A DNA stretch of 64,000 nt from an uncultured virus (IMG/VR IMGVR_UViG_3300013123_000002) (taxonomy: Duplodnaviria > Heunggongvirae > Uroviricota > Caudoviricetes): IMG/VR virus record IMGVR_UViG_3300013123_000002. The stretch is one strand, 5' to 3'. Of this stretch, positions 17,048 to 26,855 are shown piece by piece; position 1 is the first letter of the stretch; each line of letters starts with the position of its first letter. Below the pieces are notes generated by a model that saw only the letters and a program-made list of their open reading frames with translations, made no database searches and was not told the DNA's origin. The position numbers and the translations under genes were made by a program.

Positions 17048-19093
17048 TTAGCTCTGCGTTTTGTAAATTTCGCCGAGATCGTCTATTTTTTGAGTTTCTT
17101 CGTCGTTCTGGTAAGCATCTCCCATGAAATCAACGCTAGTTGGTGGAACGTCCTGGTAAACGTCTCCGAGTTCTCCAACTGGTTGAGCTTGTTCAGCTGC
17201 TGGGTAAGCTGTTCCTAGGTCATCTGCCGGTTCGGTCGTTTCAGTCTGTTGGTAAACGTCGCCTATTGAATCGACAGATTCGGTCTTACCGTCTTGATAA
17301 ACGTCTCCGAGATCTTCCACCGGTTTGGTTTCCTCGTCGATCAAGTAAGCATCTCCTATCTCTCCAACGTCAGGGTTCTTTTCAGCATCTGGGTAAGTAC
17401 TACCGATCTCTCCCACTCCTACTGTTGCTTCGTCTATTGGGTAAGCATCTCCCATCTCAGCTACGCTAGGTGAAGCAGGTTCGTCAGGGTAAGTGTCTCC
17501 CATGTCAGAAACTGACGGTGCTGTCGGTTCGTCCGGGTAAACATCTCCGATCTCTTCTACTTGAATTCCTGGAACGTCCTGGTAGATGTCGCCCATATCG
17601 GAAATCGCCGGTGCAGCAGGTTCGTCAGGGTAGATGTCTCCGATCTCACTAACTTGAGTAGGCGGAACGTCCTGATAAACGTCTCCCATTTCTCCGATTG
17701 CTGGTGCTGGCGGTTCATCAAGGTAGATGTCTCCGATCTCACTAACTTGAGTAGGCGGAACGTCCTCGTACAAGTCTCCCATCTCGTTGACAGTAGGTGC
17801 CGGTGGTTCGGTCGGGTAAATGTCCCCAATGTTGTTGACTTCGGTAGGCTGAACCGGTTCGTAAATGTCCCCAATGTTTGAAACGGCTGGGGTAGGAACG
17901 TCCTGGTAAAGGTCTCCCATGTTAGCAACCGGCGGGATAGGCGCTTCGTTCGCGTAAGCTCTTCCCATCGTTTGAACTGGCTGAGTTGGAACGGTCGGGT
18001 AAACGTCCTCACCGATGTTTGAGACAAGAGGAGGCCCTACTGGCGGAGTTCGCCCGGTCAGTTCGCCGCTTATGTTGTTCATGTCGTTTAGAAAAGCGTT
18101 TGCTCCAGAGTAAACGTTTCCCATGACGGTAACTTCAGCCATCGTCTGTATCTCGTTGAGAACCGATCCAACTATTGCAGCCGGAAGTCTGGTTGCGTTC
18201 TGTATGAACCGGCTTATTCGGTTGTTTAGAGTTCCTAAAACTCCGGCAAACATTCCAAGCTGCCGGTAGTCGTAAGCATCCCTAAGAGATATCGGTTCCT
18301 GAATTACCCAGCCGACGTTTATTCCGAACGATGGAGAGAATGGTTTTTCTTCCGTATAGATCTTGTGGTCCGATTGTGAACCTCCTAGAAAGTTTCCGAA
18401 ATCGAACTCACACATCTTGCAGCGAAACTGCACCATTCTAAGGCCAGACGTTAAATTTCCTTCGGAATCGGCTTGAAAAAACTGTCCAGAATAGTCAGCA
18501 ATGTCCCTAATTTCGATAAGATCTATTACCATGTCGAACCATCTTTGGTTGTCAGGAACTCGGTAAGACAACCTTTCGTTATCGTACATAGCGTACCTGT
18601 ACATTTCAGCTAGTTCAGTAAGAGGTTGCTTTACTGAATCGATGCAATTTATGGTCAGAGTAGTCTTTTGATTTCCTTCCTTTACTCTGTGCAGAGCTTT
18701 CCAAAGATCTCCGATTCCTTGAATCGATTGAAAGTACCAAGGAGAATCCTGAACTTCAGCTAGCAAGTTGCTAAAGCGTGCCAAAGCAGCAGCCGGCGTT
18801 AAATTTTGTAAGTTTCTAGGTGTGGTTCCGATCGGGTAGTAATCGTTTAACCACTGGATGGTTGGGTACTCGACTATCTTGTTGTCTCCGATTGCAGTTA
18901 CTCCGGTTTTATCAATGTCGCTTGAGATAGGTTTCAGCAAGCACGAGTTGGTAAGACCATCCCCAAATGGGTAGGTTTCCTCAGCTGGGAAGAAGTCTAT
19001 TCTAAACGTTAGAAACACAGGGTCCTGGTAATCGTCGGTTGACGATTTTACGAACAGGTTTTTTCTTCTTATTTCTTCTAACGATCGTGCCAT
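17048..19093 (-). CDS. baseplate/tail protein with about 21 C-terminal G-D-x-Y repeats
   Basis: 681 aa between the spike and hub genes; globular N-terminus plus 15/16-aa repeats. Confidence 0.75.
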   Translation of the reverse strand: MARSLEEIRRKNLFVKSSTDDYQDPVFLTFRIDFFPAEETYPFGDGLTNSCLLKPISSDIDKTGVTAIGDNKIVEYPTIQWLNDYYPIGTTPRNLQNLTPAAALARFSNLLAEVQDSPWYFQSIQGIGDLWKALHRVKEGNQKTTLTINCIDSVKQPLTELAEMYRYAMYDNERLSYRVPDNQRWFDMVIDLIEIRDIADYSGQFFQADSEGNLTSGLRMVQFRCKMCEFDFGNFLGGSQSDHKIYTEEKPFSPSFGINVGWVIQEPISLRDAYDYRQLGMFAGVLGTLNNRISRFIQNATRLPAAIVGSVLNEIQTMAEVTVMGNVYSGANAFLNDMNNISGELTGRTPPVGPPLVSNIGEDVYPTVPTQPVQTMGRAYANEAPIPPVANMGDLYQDVPTPAVSNIGDIYEPVQPTEVNNIGDIYPTEPPAPTVNEMGDLYEDVPPTQVSEIGDIYLDEPPAPAIGEMGDVYQDVPPTQVSEIGDIYPDEPAAPAISDMGDIYQDVPGIQVEEIGDVYPDEPTAPSVSDMGDTYPDEPASPSVAEMGDAYPIDEATVGVGEIGSTYPDAEKNPDVGEIGDAYLIDEETKPVEDLGDVYQDGKTESVDSIGDVYQQTETTEPADDLGTAYPAAEQAQPVGELGDVYQDVPPTSVDFMGDAYQNDEETQKIDDLGEIYKTQS
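17060..18020 (-). repeat. 45/48-bp coding repeat array
   Basis: (I/M/L)G(D/E)xY units; exact 45-bp duplicate at 17629-17673 and 17722-17766 (93-bp offset). Confidence 0.9.
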
Positions 19094-20700
19094 TACACTT
19101 TTACGTCTTTTTTGGCTAACGGCAACAACCAGTGCCTTCTAGCTAGGGTTAGTTCGGTCGAAAATTCGCCGTCAATGTAAGAGTAGGAGATCGATTTCAC
19201 GTAGTAAAAATCGCTCAGCGCTTTGTCGCGTATAGCTCCTTGCGGGAGATTATCGATCTGTGGTATTCCAGTGTCAATGTCGTCGAGACCAATTTCCGTT
19301 TCCTGGTCGTTTGCCATGTTACGACCCATGAGAGCAGACGCTTTGTCCATGTAAATTTCCACTTTCACGCGACTTCCTCTGATAACGTTTGAACTGAATC
19401 CGTTCAGCGTTACTAGAAGCAAGTTTTTCTCGGTTTCCAACCAGTTATGATAGTTCAAGAGTTCTGCAAACTTATACGACGGGTGAGCGTTCCCGTAATC
19501 TATTCCTGACCAAACGCCGGTTGCCACAGCTGGACCGTCATCATCATTGTCGGAATTGCTTAAGTACTCAGGTATTTCGACTGTTTGCGGTTTCTTTCCA
19601 TCATTGGTGACGGTCGATGCCAACGGTTCTAAAAAGTGAAGCCTAAACTGTTCGTACTGTTCGAACGGGTAAGTGCTAGGCTTTCCGGAATCGATGATCT
19701 CTTCTATTTTTCTGGGTTCGGAATCCTCTCCCTTTCCTGATCCGTGATCGTACCAATAAATGTATCTGCGGATGGCATTGTTTCTGAGTATGTCACCGTG
19801 GTTGCTCATAAGAGAGTAATCTGTGATGTAGAACTCAGACACTCTAGCTTCAGGGTAGTTGGTTAGGATTATCGGTACTTCGACCTCGTCCTCCTTTTCC
19901 TCTTCCTCGGGATCGAACCTATCCTTGTTTATTTCGGTCTGACCTATTGCTATGTAACCGGTGTCCACTTCTTCGTCCCTAGCGAACTGCTTTTCCACGT
20001 TTATGAAGTTGAGCACGTAGTAGCGGTCGATGAAACAATCGAAGAAGTTTCCGTCATCCTTGTACGCGTACTTTGAAACTTGAGTTATGAATTCCTTGTA
20101 CGTGTAGTTCGGCATGATCCATGTCATAGCGTCAGAGGTTCCTTCCGCTTGGTTGTCAGCGAATCCTAGCTGGAGTTCTTCCGCTACTTTCGCTAGAGTT
20201 TCTAAGGACGTCATGTTTCGGTATGACTTTGAATAGTTTCCGTACAGAGTCGGAATCAGCATTTCGCCTGAAAAAGTGTACACCACCGCTTCTGTTCCAG
20301 GAATTGGCATTGATGAAACTGCGTTTATTAGGAAATCAGCAGATAGCGATTTTAGTTTCTTAACGGTCGACTTAACGAACACGCTGACTATTATGTTGGA
20401 TAACGGAAAACCTCTAGCGCTGAAAATGTGACCATCGTCCACGAAGGTGACAGATATTGTAGGAGTAAAATCTTCCTGGCGAACGTGCAATGCTCGTATC
20501 TTTTCAGGTGGGATCTTTACCTTTCCTATCATCACTAGCGGGGTAGAGAAACCTCTTCTCTGCTTGAACTTGCTGTACGTTCCGTCAAACAATTTTTTGC
20601 GATCCTCTTCGCTCAGGCTGCTTTCAAAATCAGCTAATTCGAGTCGAGTTGGGTTGATCTTTGACGTGAACCGTACCGTTACTCTGTTCTCCTGTGCCAT
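19093..20700 (-). CDS. baseplate hub-like protein (gp27-like)
   Basis: Size, position, LAKVAEELQLGF and FIDRYYVLNF segments, and a C-terminal YYVKSISYSY...TELTLARR typical of hub proteins. Confidence 0.6.
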   Translation of the reverse strand: MAQENRVTVRFTSKINPTRLELADFESSLSEEDRKKLFDGTYSKFKQRRGFSTPLVMIGKVKIPPEKIRALHVRQEDFTPTISVTFVDDGHIFSARGFPLSNIIVSVFVKSTVKKLKSLSADFLINAVSSMPIPGTEAVVYTFSGEMLIPTLYGNYSKSYRNMTSLETLAKVAEELQLGFADNQAEGTSDAMTWIMPNYTYKEFITQVSKYAYKDDGNFFDCFIDRYYVLNFINVEKQFARDEEVDTGYIAIGQTEINKDRFDPEEEEKEDEVEVPIILTNYPEARVSEFYITDYSLMSNHGDILRNNAIRRYIYWYDHGSGKGEDSEPRKIEEIIDSGKPSTYPFEQYEQFRLHFLEPLASTVTNDGKKPQTVEIPEYLSNSDNDDDGPAVATGVWSGIDYGNAHPSYKFAELLNYHNWLETEKNLLLVTLNGFSSNVIRGSRVKVEIYMDKASALMGRNMANDQETEIGLDDIDTGIPQIDNLPQGAIRDKALSDFYYVKSISYSYIDGEFSTELTLARRHWLLPLAKKDVKV

Positions 20701-21443
20701 TATGCCAACCTATTTTTTAGAAGAGTTTCTTTCAGCTTTGTTCTAGAGATCGGTTCCGTGCAATCTTCCTTCTTTACCGAAGTAACGTCAGATCCGAACA
20801 GGATCTTTCCGTTCTGTATCTTCACTCCGCTGTCAAGAGCAACGTTCGGCGGCACCGGCACAGTAGTTCCAGCTTGGTAAGCTGAAGTCAGCGGGCCGGT
20901 TCCTGAGAAGTTTCCACCCTGCATGATGTTTGATATTTGAGAACTTAGAGCTGATAAGCTCAAGCTCGACAAGTTTCCACTCTGGAGCAGTGCATTCAGT
21001 TTAGCTAAGTTGGAGTTAACAGCAGTTCCTTTCTGCAATAGGTAATTCATTCGAACTTGATCTTTTCTTGACCTAGGTGCCATTACCAAGTTAGTGTACT
21101 TCTTCCTAATTGCCATGAGTTTAGGATCGTTTATCTTTCCAGTGCTTCCGAATTTCGAAAGAATTGCCATTGACGGTATTCTGATGATGTCTCCGACGTC
21201 CAGAGCAAAAGGGTTAGGGTAACCGTTGTATTTCAAAAGAAGGTCCAAGTACCCAGGATCCTGGTAAAAATAGCTAGCGATCAGATCAGGTCTCATTGCC
21301 GTTTCTTCAGTAACGACGTATGCTTTTCCAGAGTTAGCTCTGATGCCCAAAAAGGACACAGTGCTCATCGCAAGGTTGACTACCGTGTCACCGTTGAGCT
21401 TAGTGAAGCTCGTCTTACTCATCAATGTTCTTAAGTTAAGCAT
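20700..21443 (-). CDS. baseplate wedge LysM-like protein (gp53-like)
   Basis: RPDLIA-x-x-FY...LLKYNG-x-x-NPF-x-L-x-x-GD-x-I-x-IP. Confidence 0.78.
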   Translation of the reverse strand: MLNLRTLMSKTSFTKLNGDTVVNLAMSTVSFLGIRANSGKAYVVTEETAMRPDLIASYFYQDPGYLDLLLKYNGYPNPFALDVGDIIRIPSMAILSKFGSTGKINDPKLMAIRKKYTNLVMAPRSRKDQVRMNYLLQKGTAVNSNLAKLNALLQSGNLSSLSLSALSSQISNIMQGGNFSGTGPLTSAYQAGTTVPVPPNVALDSGVKIQNGKILFGSDVTSVKKEDCTEPISRTKLKETLLKNRLA

Positions 21444-21453
21444 GCGTCATCTG

Positions 21454-23577
21454 TTAAGTTTTTGTCAAATCCTTATCGAAGTACAACCACAACAGAGAAT
21501 CGTCCATTCGATCAACGGTCGAATCTCCAGAAACAGGATTTTTACCGTTCATCTGCGGTGCGTACCCGTACGATTTTCGTATTCTGTTTCTGTAACGATC
21601 GAACGAGCCGGTTCCCAATTGCTGCTGGATAGCTTGTTTATCGTCGTCTGTCAGTTCGTTTGCACCTTTTTCTCCTGTGCTTGTAGAGAAGAACTGTTTG
21701 AATCTGGTATCGTTAGTTTCGCTAAAGGTATCATCGGCTGACGATGGATTTCTTAGCTTGGTGAACATCAACTTAGCTTCACCCAAGTTGAACATTCGTT
21801 CAATAGCAGCTTTGTCCCTAGGCTTTCCTTGCTGGAGTTTTACTGTAAATGTACAGCCGGTCGGAAAATCGTCAGGTCCCATTTCTTCGTCGAACTTTAA
21901 GATGCAGTTCGACACGACGAGGTCTCCCATTGTCATGATTGGATTCATCGGGTTTCCTACAACTAGGTGCCATTCTCCGATCGGCCGGTCTGACAGAGCG
22001 GATTTGATAGAGATCAAATAAGGAATAGCATCGGCTAACGCAAGAGCTGTTCCAGCTTGAGTGAGGTTTACGAATTTTTCTTCTATTTTTTCTCCAGCTT
22101 TTCCAGCTTTTATAGCTTGTTCCATGTTACTAACAGTTTCACCAACTGATGCCTGTATTGCGTTTAGCACAGGTTCCATTTTAGCTAACATAGTGTTAAG
22201 GTCTCCGTTAAATTTTGTTCCCCATTCAGTTAAAAGTCTGCCCAGCATCTGAGTTGTGGTTTCGTCAAATTTTACTCCTAACCTAGGAAAATACCTAGCT
22301 AGCTGACCCAAGAACGGTGCGTCATTGTACGTTAGGTTCAAGAAGCTCGCTATGAGATCCAGGGCAACTATCTTTGGGCTCAACCCGCTGAACGACCTGA
22401 AAGAATAGTGAAAATTCAAGGTAAACGGTGTGTTCCAGCCGTCCTGCACTCCTCTAGCTCTTCTAGTTGAAGCGTTCACCACGTTAACCGGACCGTATAT
22501 TCTGTTCCAGTAAGGACCCTGAGTATAGAGTTCTCTGGAGTATTTCTGAAGTTTTTCTTCAACTCTGGTGAGCTGGGTAAGCTGAGCATCCTGGCCGTTC
22601 AGACCAACGTAAACTGCTTCCAACCGTTCTCCGAGTTTCTGTAATTTAGGAATGTCCTTGAACACTTTCATCAAGTCAGTAACGGTCACTTCGTTTCCTT
22701 CGAGTATCTGAGGATCGTCGATCGGCCCAACCATTTCCCAGCGTAATCCCCAATTCATGAAACCGATGTTCGACAGGGCGTTGTCCGTTCCGTCCCCGAA
22801 CCAAGTTACGGCTTGCGCAATTGGAATAGGGTTTAGGTTTCCTGGAGCTCTGATTAGATCGTCGATAGGAAACGGGTACCTCCGAAGAGTTACTAGCCTA
22901 TTGTTAGGAATCTTTCCGTAGTTCTTGCAGAACATAAAATCAGTCATCGCGTAAGGTTGAAAACCTGTCACGCTTTCCATCGATTGGGTGCCTGCCCACT
23001 GTATCAGATTCTTAGCGGTAGGGTTAGCGATGGTTGAGTAATTCTTAACGGCGTAATTGTTTGCCGAATTTTTTATGGCCTGCATTCTCTTGAGATTATC
23101 GTCGATGGATTTCTGGTACATGTCCTGCAGGTTAGCATCGACCGCTGCCGCCTTGCTAGTTTGATCCTTATCGATCAACACCTGAAATCCGTCAGCCACG
23201 TTTTGGTTCACAGTATCAGTGTACGGATCACCGCTAGGTTTTGAAGAGTAACCTATAAAGTGCGCATCTGGTTGGTAAGCTGCTCCGTTTATGAACTTTG
23301 AGTACTTAAAGATGGAGAACTTGTTGAATATTGAATCGGTGTCAGCCGATATGATTGACCCGCCAGACTGCTTGTCCGCTTCGCCCGATAAGTACTGGCC
23401 CAACGAACCCTTAGTCGTTTGAGCTAGTGCCTCTAGGTAGTTTACTCCGCTAAATGCTTGCTCGACTTTTAGCAGTTCGACAGTCGACGAATTTTGGCTA
23501 CTTGGCCACACGTTGGTGCCGTTAGCTACTGTGTTTGCTGTTTGTTTGGTGAAAAAACCTAGAAGACCATAGCCCAT
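21454..23577 (-). CDS. putative baseplate/tail-tube junction protein
   Basis: 707 aa, first gene of the late baseplate operon; C-terminal tube-like segment (GNPMNPI...GPDDFPT...VKL). Confidence 0.55.
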   Translation of the reverse strand: MGYGLLGFFTKQTANTVANGTNVWPSSQNSSTVELLKVEQAFSGVNYLEALAQTTKGSLGQYLSGEADKQSGGSIISADTDSIFNKFSIFKYSKFINGAAYQPDAHFIGYSSKPSGDPYTDTVNQNVADGFQVLIDKDQTSKAAAVDANLQDMYQKSIDDNLKRMQAIKNSANNYAVKNYSTIANPTAKNLIQWAGTQSMESVTGFQPYAMTDFMFCKNYGKIPNNRLVTLRRYPFPIDDLIRAPGNLNPIPIAQAVTWFGDGTDNALSNIGFMNWGLRWEMVGPIDDPQILEGNEVTVTDLMKVFKDIPKLQKLGERLEAVYVGLNGQDAQLTQLTRVEEKLQKYSRELYTQGPYWNRIYGPVNVVNASTRRARGVQDGWNTPFTLNFHYSFRSFSGLSPKIVALDLIASFLNLTYNDAPFLGQLARYFPRLGVKFDETTTQMLGRLLTEWGTKFNGDLNTMLAKMEPVLNAIQASVGETVSNMEQAIKAGKAGEKIEEKFVNLTQAGTALALADAIPYLISIKSALSDRPIGEWHLVVGNPMNPIMTMGDLVVSNCILKFDEEMGPDDFPTGCTFTVKLQQGKPRDKAAIERMFNLGEAKLMFTKLRNPSSADDTFSETNDTRFKQFFSTSTGEKGANELTDDDKQAIQQQLGTGSFDRYRNRIRKSYGYAPQMNGKNPVSGDSTVDRMDDSLLWLYFDKDLTKT

Positions 23578-23627
23578 CTTTATTGGCTCTATTTTTGTTA
23601 TTTATTATCGCCGGAAAACTGATCAAA

Positions 23628-23651
23628 CGAAAAACGCCTAGCTTCTAGGCT
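23628..23651 (-). terminator. probable intrinsic terminator
   Basis: Minus strand GCCTAG-AAG-CTAGGC-GTTTTTC. Confidence 0.6.
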
Positions 23652-23758
23652 GGCGTCTTTGAATTTCCTTCCTTCAAATGGTAGGATGAACTCAGGTAAA
23701 CCTAAAAATAGGTTCTTATGTTCTTATCAACTTAAAAGCTTATCATTTCTGGGTGATC

Positions 23759-24472
23759 CTAATACATTGAATCGAGTTCTGGGTTGGGGATTTTTTCCCA
23801 ATTGCTTTCAGCGTTCATTCCGCCCAGTCTCTTAGCCAACTGAGTGTGTTCGGACTTTTCCTTAAGGTAGGTCAAGGCTTCCTCGTAGAGACCTTTGTTC
23901 AGCATTCGATCTATTACTGTAGCATCGCGTCCTTTTAACTTTGCTCTGTACACAACCGGAAACCTTTGAATGTTCGCTTTTGCCCTCCTGATGATCATTC
24001 CTATTTGCATATTGTACGCTCTTTTCCCTGGAAGTTCGGTTGGGTCTATCGAAAGAACCCCGACCGTAAATAGTTCCTCAAAATCCGTCCAATCCTTTGC
24101 TTCTTCCGGTTCCTTTATGAACGATTCTATCCCGTGGCAATCTGCTAAACCGTAGTACCAGGAAGATTCTTCCATCTTGTTTTCGAAGAGTGCAAACTTG
24201 GTGACAGCTCTGTTTTCAGCGACAGGTTTTTCCTTCCCTCCTGCTTTTTCTAAGTTATCCTCGTAGAGTCCTGGAACGACAGCTAGTCGTTCCCCTTTCA
24301 CTTCGATCGGATTTTCAAGAGTGACTTCGTACCGTTTAATGTCCGGCTCGTAATCGGTTGAGTAGATTTCGGTTATCTCAGCACGAACCCTGTCAATAGC
24401 TTGAAAGAGTTCGCTTTCAAGTTCGTCTGAGTTTGCTCTGACCATCACTTTATCTCCGAGTTCAAATGCCAT
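23759..24472 (-). CDS. hypothetical (putative head) protein
   Basis: 237 aa with internal AVTKFALFE motif; TAG stop. Confidence 0.7.
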   Translation of the reverse strand: MAFELGDKVMVRANSDELESELFQAIDRVRAEITEIYSTDYEPDIKRYEVTLENPIEVKGERLAVVPGLYEDNLEKAGGKEKPVAENRAVTKFALFENKMEESSWYYGLADCHGIESFIKEPEEAKDWTDFEELFTVGVLSIDPTELPGKRAYNMQIGMIIRRAKANIQRFPVVYRAKLKGRDATVIDRMLNKGLYEEALTYLKEKSEHTQLAKRLGGMNAESNWEKIPNPELDSMY

Positions 24473-26081
24473 TTCCGATTCTGTTATTTTTTGATACGAA
24501 CGCGTCGAAGTTCATGATCTGCATTCTTTCCTCGTAAACGCTTCTTCTTTTCTTCTTTTTCTTCTTTGGGCTAAAATTATCGCCTGAACCTATTGAATTT
24601 TCGGTAGGAGGAACGATCGGACCCATGGAACCTATGGAACCAGGAACCTGCATGGAAACGCCAGGTGCTACTTCTTCCGAAACAGCGTTTGGTGCTAACG
24701 GACCTGGTTCGTCAAGAACTCCGGTGTCCGGGATGAACAGCCTGGTAACAGCGTCACCTTTCATCTGTCCTTCTCTTCCTTTTAACATCTTTCCTATGAA
24801 TTTTCCAGCACTGTTTAGAGCGACAGCGTAGAGCTTGTGAGTCTGCTTTCCGAGGCTTGCCCAAGCTTGTCCAGCTGGGGTTACCGGCGTCTGGCCGACC
24901 GGAAGCAAGTTCATTATGTAAGTGAATCTCTTCCTAAATTTCATGAGCCAAGTAGCGTCAGCTATCTGCTTTCCTGTCACAGGTAGATCAACCGCTTCGT
25001 GCAGTTTCAACTTCGTTCTAAAATCGAAGTGAATGCCCTTAGCGTCCTTTAAAGTTATCGTCTTTTCTCTAGCTCTTCCGAGAACGTATTCAGATTCTTC
25101 TGCCAACGTCTTTTTTAGGAATTCTATGACTTCTGGTTTTGACAGAGGGCGGCCGTTACGAACTCCTTCCAAGCCGTTTATCGAGATCTTGATAGCATCA
25201 ATTTCCTTGAAAATTTCCTGTTCGCTCGTAAAGTTCTGGTGACGTAAGTTCAGTATTCTCTTTAGAATCTGCACTTCATGATCGTTGGAAAGTATCGTTC
25301 GGTATATCGTCTGATACCGTTCCTCTCCGATCGCATCCTTTATCGTTTTCTCTACAGTTCCTTTTGCTTGTTCTGCTGCAGCTTTGGTTTCCTCTCCGTA
25401 AAACGGAAGAACTTTTTCCAACGCGATGAGAGTTGTTATCACCTTCGTTGCGCTGTGTTCCTTTCCTTCCTGCTGGGTGTCAGAGTCCATAACCTGTGCC
25501 ATTTCCGGCTGGATGAGTTTTCCTATTTCAACGATGGTGTTATCGTTCTGGGACGAAACTTCGTCCTTTATGCTGGCAACTTTCTTGAGTATCTCGTCAG
25601 CTATTCTGTCCAATTCCTCTTGTTTCAAGAGCTTAAACGCTTCGTAGATTCTTTCCAGAGCTTGGACTCTTGCTGCTACTTGGATCCGTTCTGCTGCGAT
25701 TCTCTGAATCGCTTCGACATCGCGGTCCTCTTTTTTGAACTCCTCGTCCAGCCTTATGCTGAGTCGGCGTATCTTCTTTCGGCAGTATTCCAAGTAAGCT
25801 GTAGATATTTCCATTCCCCTAACAGAACCGAACTCTTTTTGGTAGATCGGATCCTTTAGGGCTTGTTCTAGGTCAACTATCCCTCTGTCCAAAAGCATGT
25901 CTATGAGGTAGTCTAACCTCTTCCAAGCTTCCGCGTTCGGATCGCTTTCTTCTTCCTGACTCTCGCTTCCAGCGTTGTGACGAAAATCCTGGTTTATTCC
26001 AGAAAATTGATCTTCGAACCGGATGATGTCCGCTTCTAGCAGCAAGTTCTCGAACTGTTGAAACTTTTTTACTTTGAACAT
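24462..26081 (-). CDS. helical putative internal head protein
   Basis: N-terminal VKKFQQFENLLLE and C-terminal IMNFDAFV motifs. Confidence 0.72.
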   Translation of the reverse strand: MFKVKKFQQFENLLLEADIIRFEDQFSGINQDFRHNAGSESQEEESDPNAEAWKRLDYLIDMLLDRGIVDLEQALKDPIYQKEFGSVRGMEISTAYLEYCRKKIRRLSIRLDEEFKKEDRDVEAIQRIAAERIQVAARVQALERIYEAFKLLKQEELDRIADEILKKVASIKDEVSSQNDNTIVEIGKLIQPEMAQVMDSDTQQEGKEHSATKVITTLIALEKVLPFYGEETKAAAEQAKGTVEKTIKDAIGEERYQTIYRTILSNDHEVQILKRILNLRHQNFTSEQEIFKEIDAIKISINGLEGVRNGRPLSKPEVIEFLKKTLAEESEYVLGRAREKTITLKDAKGIHFDFRTKLKLHEAVDLPVTGKQIADATWLMKFRKRFTYIMNLLPVGQTPVTPAGQAWASLGKQTHKLYAVALNSAGKFIGKMLKGREGQMKGDAVTRLFIPDTGVLDEPGPLAPNAVSEEVAPGVSMQVPGSIGSMGPIVPPTENSIGSGDNFSPKKKKKKRRSVYEERMQIMNFDAFVSKNNRIGNGI

Positions 26082-26087
26082 TCGCGA

Positions 26088-26573
26088 TTAGTTTCTTTTC
26101 ATCTGCAGAAGGTACTGAACCTTGTTCTTGAGAGTGATCATCTCGTCGACCATGTTGTACAGTTCCGAATCGGTTTCCTTGTCGAACAGGGAAGCAAATT
26201 TCAGTCGCAGAGTCTGGTCAACGACTTCGAAGAAGATTTGAATTGCTTCTTCTCTGTCGTACAGAACGATCTGTGCTTGTCCAAACTTAAGAGTCTGTGC
26301 ACCGTACTTACCGGCAATCCCTTCTATGAGAGCGTCTATCTGACCAGTGAAAGTGTCATAGAACAAGCCAAAATGACGGTGTTCAGTGTCTGAATCAGTT
26401 TGCAGGTGAATTATCTTAGCTTGGTCAGCTATTTGAAACAACGATAGCATGAATTCCGCTACGGTAGTTTCCTCAGTTACCTGCTCAGCTGGTGGAGTTG
26501 TAACGTCAGCTACGACTTCTTGTGTTTCTTCCGGCTCTATCGGAAAAGTCGGCATTTGTTCGATTTCGATCAT
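26088..26573 (-). CDS. ferritin/Dps-like four-helix bundle protein
   Basis: H-L-Q-T-x4-EH-x-x-FG-x-FY...IDALIE...DEM...YLL. Start reassigned to ATG 26573 (ATGA overlap). Confidence 0.65.
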   Translation of the reverse strand: MIEIEQMPTFPIEPEETQEVVADVTTPPAEQVTEETTVAEFMLSLFQIADQAKIIHLQTDSDTEHRHFGLFYDTFTGQIDALIEGIAGKYGAQTLKFGQAQIVLYDREEAIQIFFEVVDQTLRLKFASLFDKETDSELYNMVDEMITLKNKVQYLLQMKRN

Positions 26574-26755
26574 CTTGACCTGAGCTTTTTTTGTTTCTGT
26601 TCCCACCGACCAAACGGGATCACCCAAAGGTCTCTGTTCACTTTACTCTTTAGGTAATCGTAAACACTGTTACCTTCTGGGTGCTGCAGAACCGCATTCT
26701 TAAGAGGTTCTTTGCCAGCTCGGTAGTTCCTGTAGTTCTGGTGGGTCTTTTCCAT
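26570..26755 (-). CDS. small basic hypothetical protein
   Basis: ATG 7 nt after late promoter 26763-26769; its stop overlaps the next ATG. Confidence 0.65.
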   Translation of the reverse strand: MEKTHQNYRNYRAGKEPLKNAVLQHPEGNSVYDYLKSKVNRDLWVIPFGRWEQKQKKLRSR

Positions 26756-26855
26756 ACTTGGTTATTTATTCTGATCTTCTTGGAAGAAAGTGTGCCCAAA
26801 ACTTTATATAGCATACGTGTAAAATATAGATACATTAAACTGTAATAACCTAGAT

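Noticed and set aside
17060..18020. CRISPR-like repeat/spacer array
   Set aside because: The units are degenerate, in-frame protein repeats with synonymous variation, and no cas genes are present.
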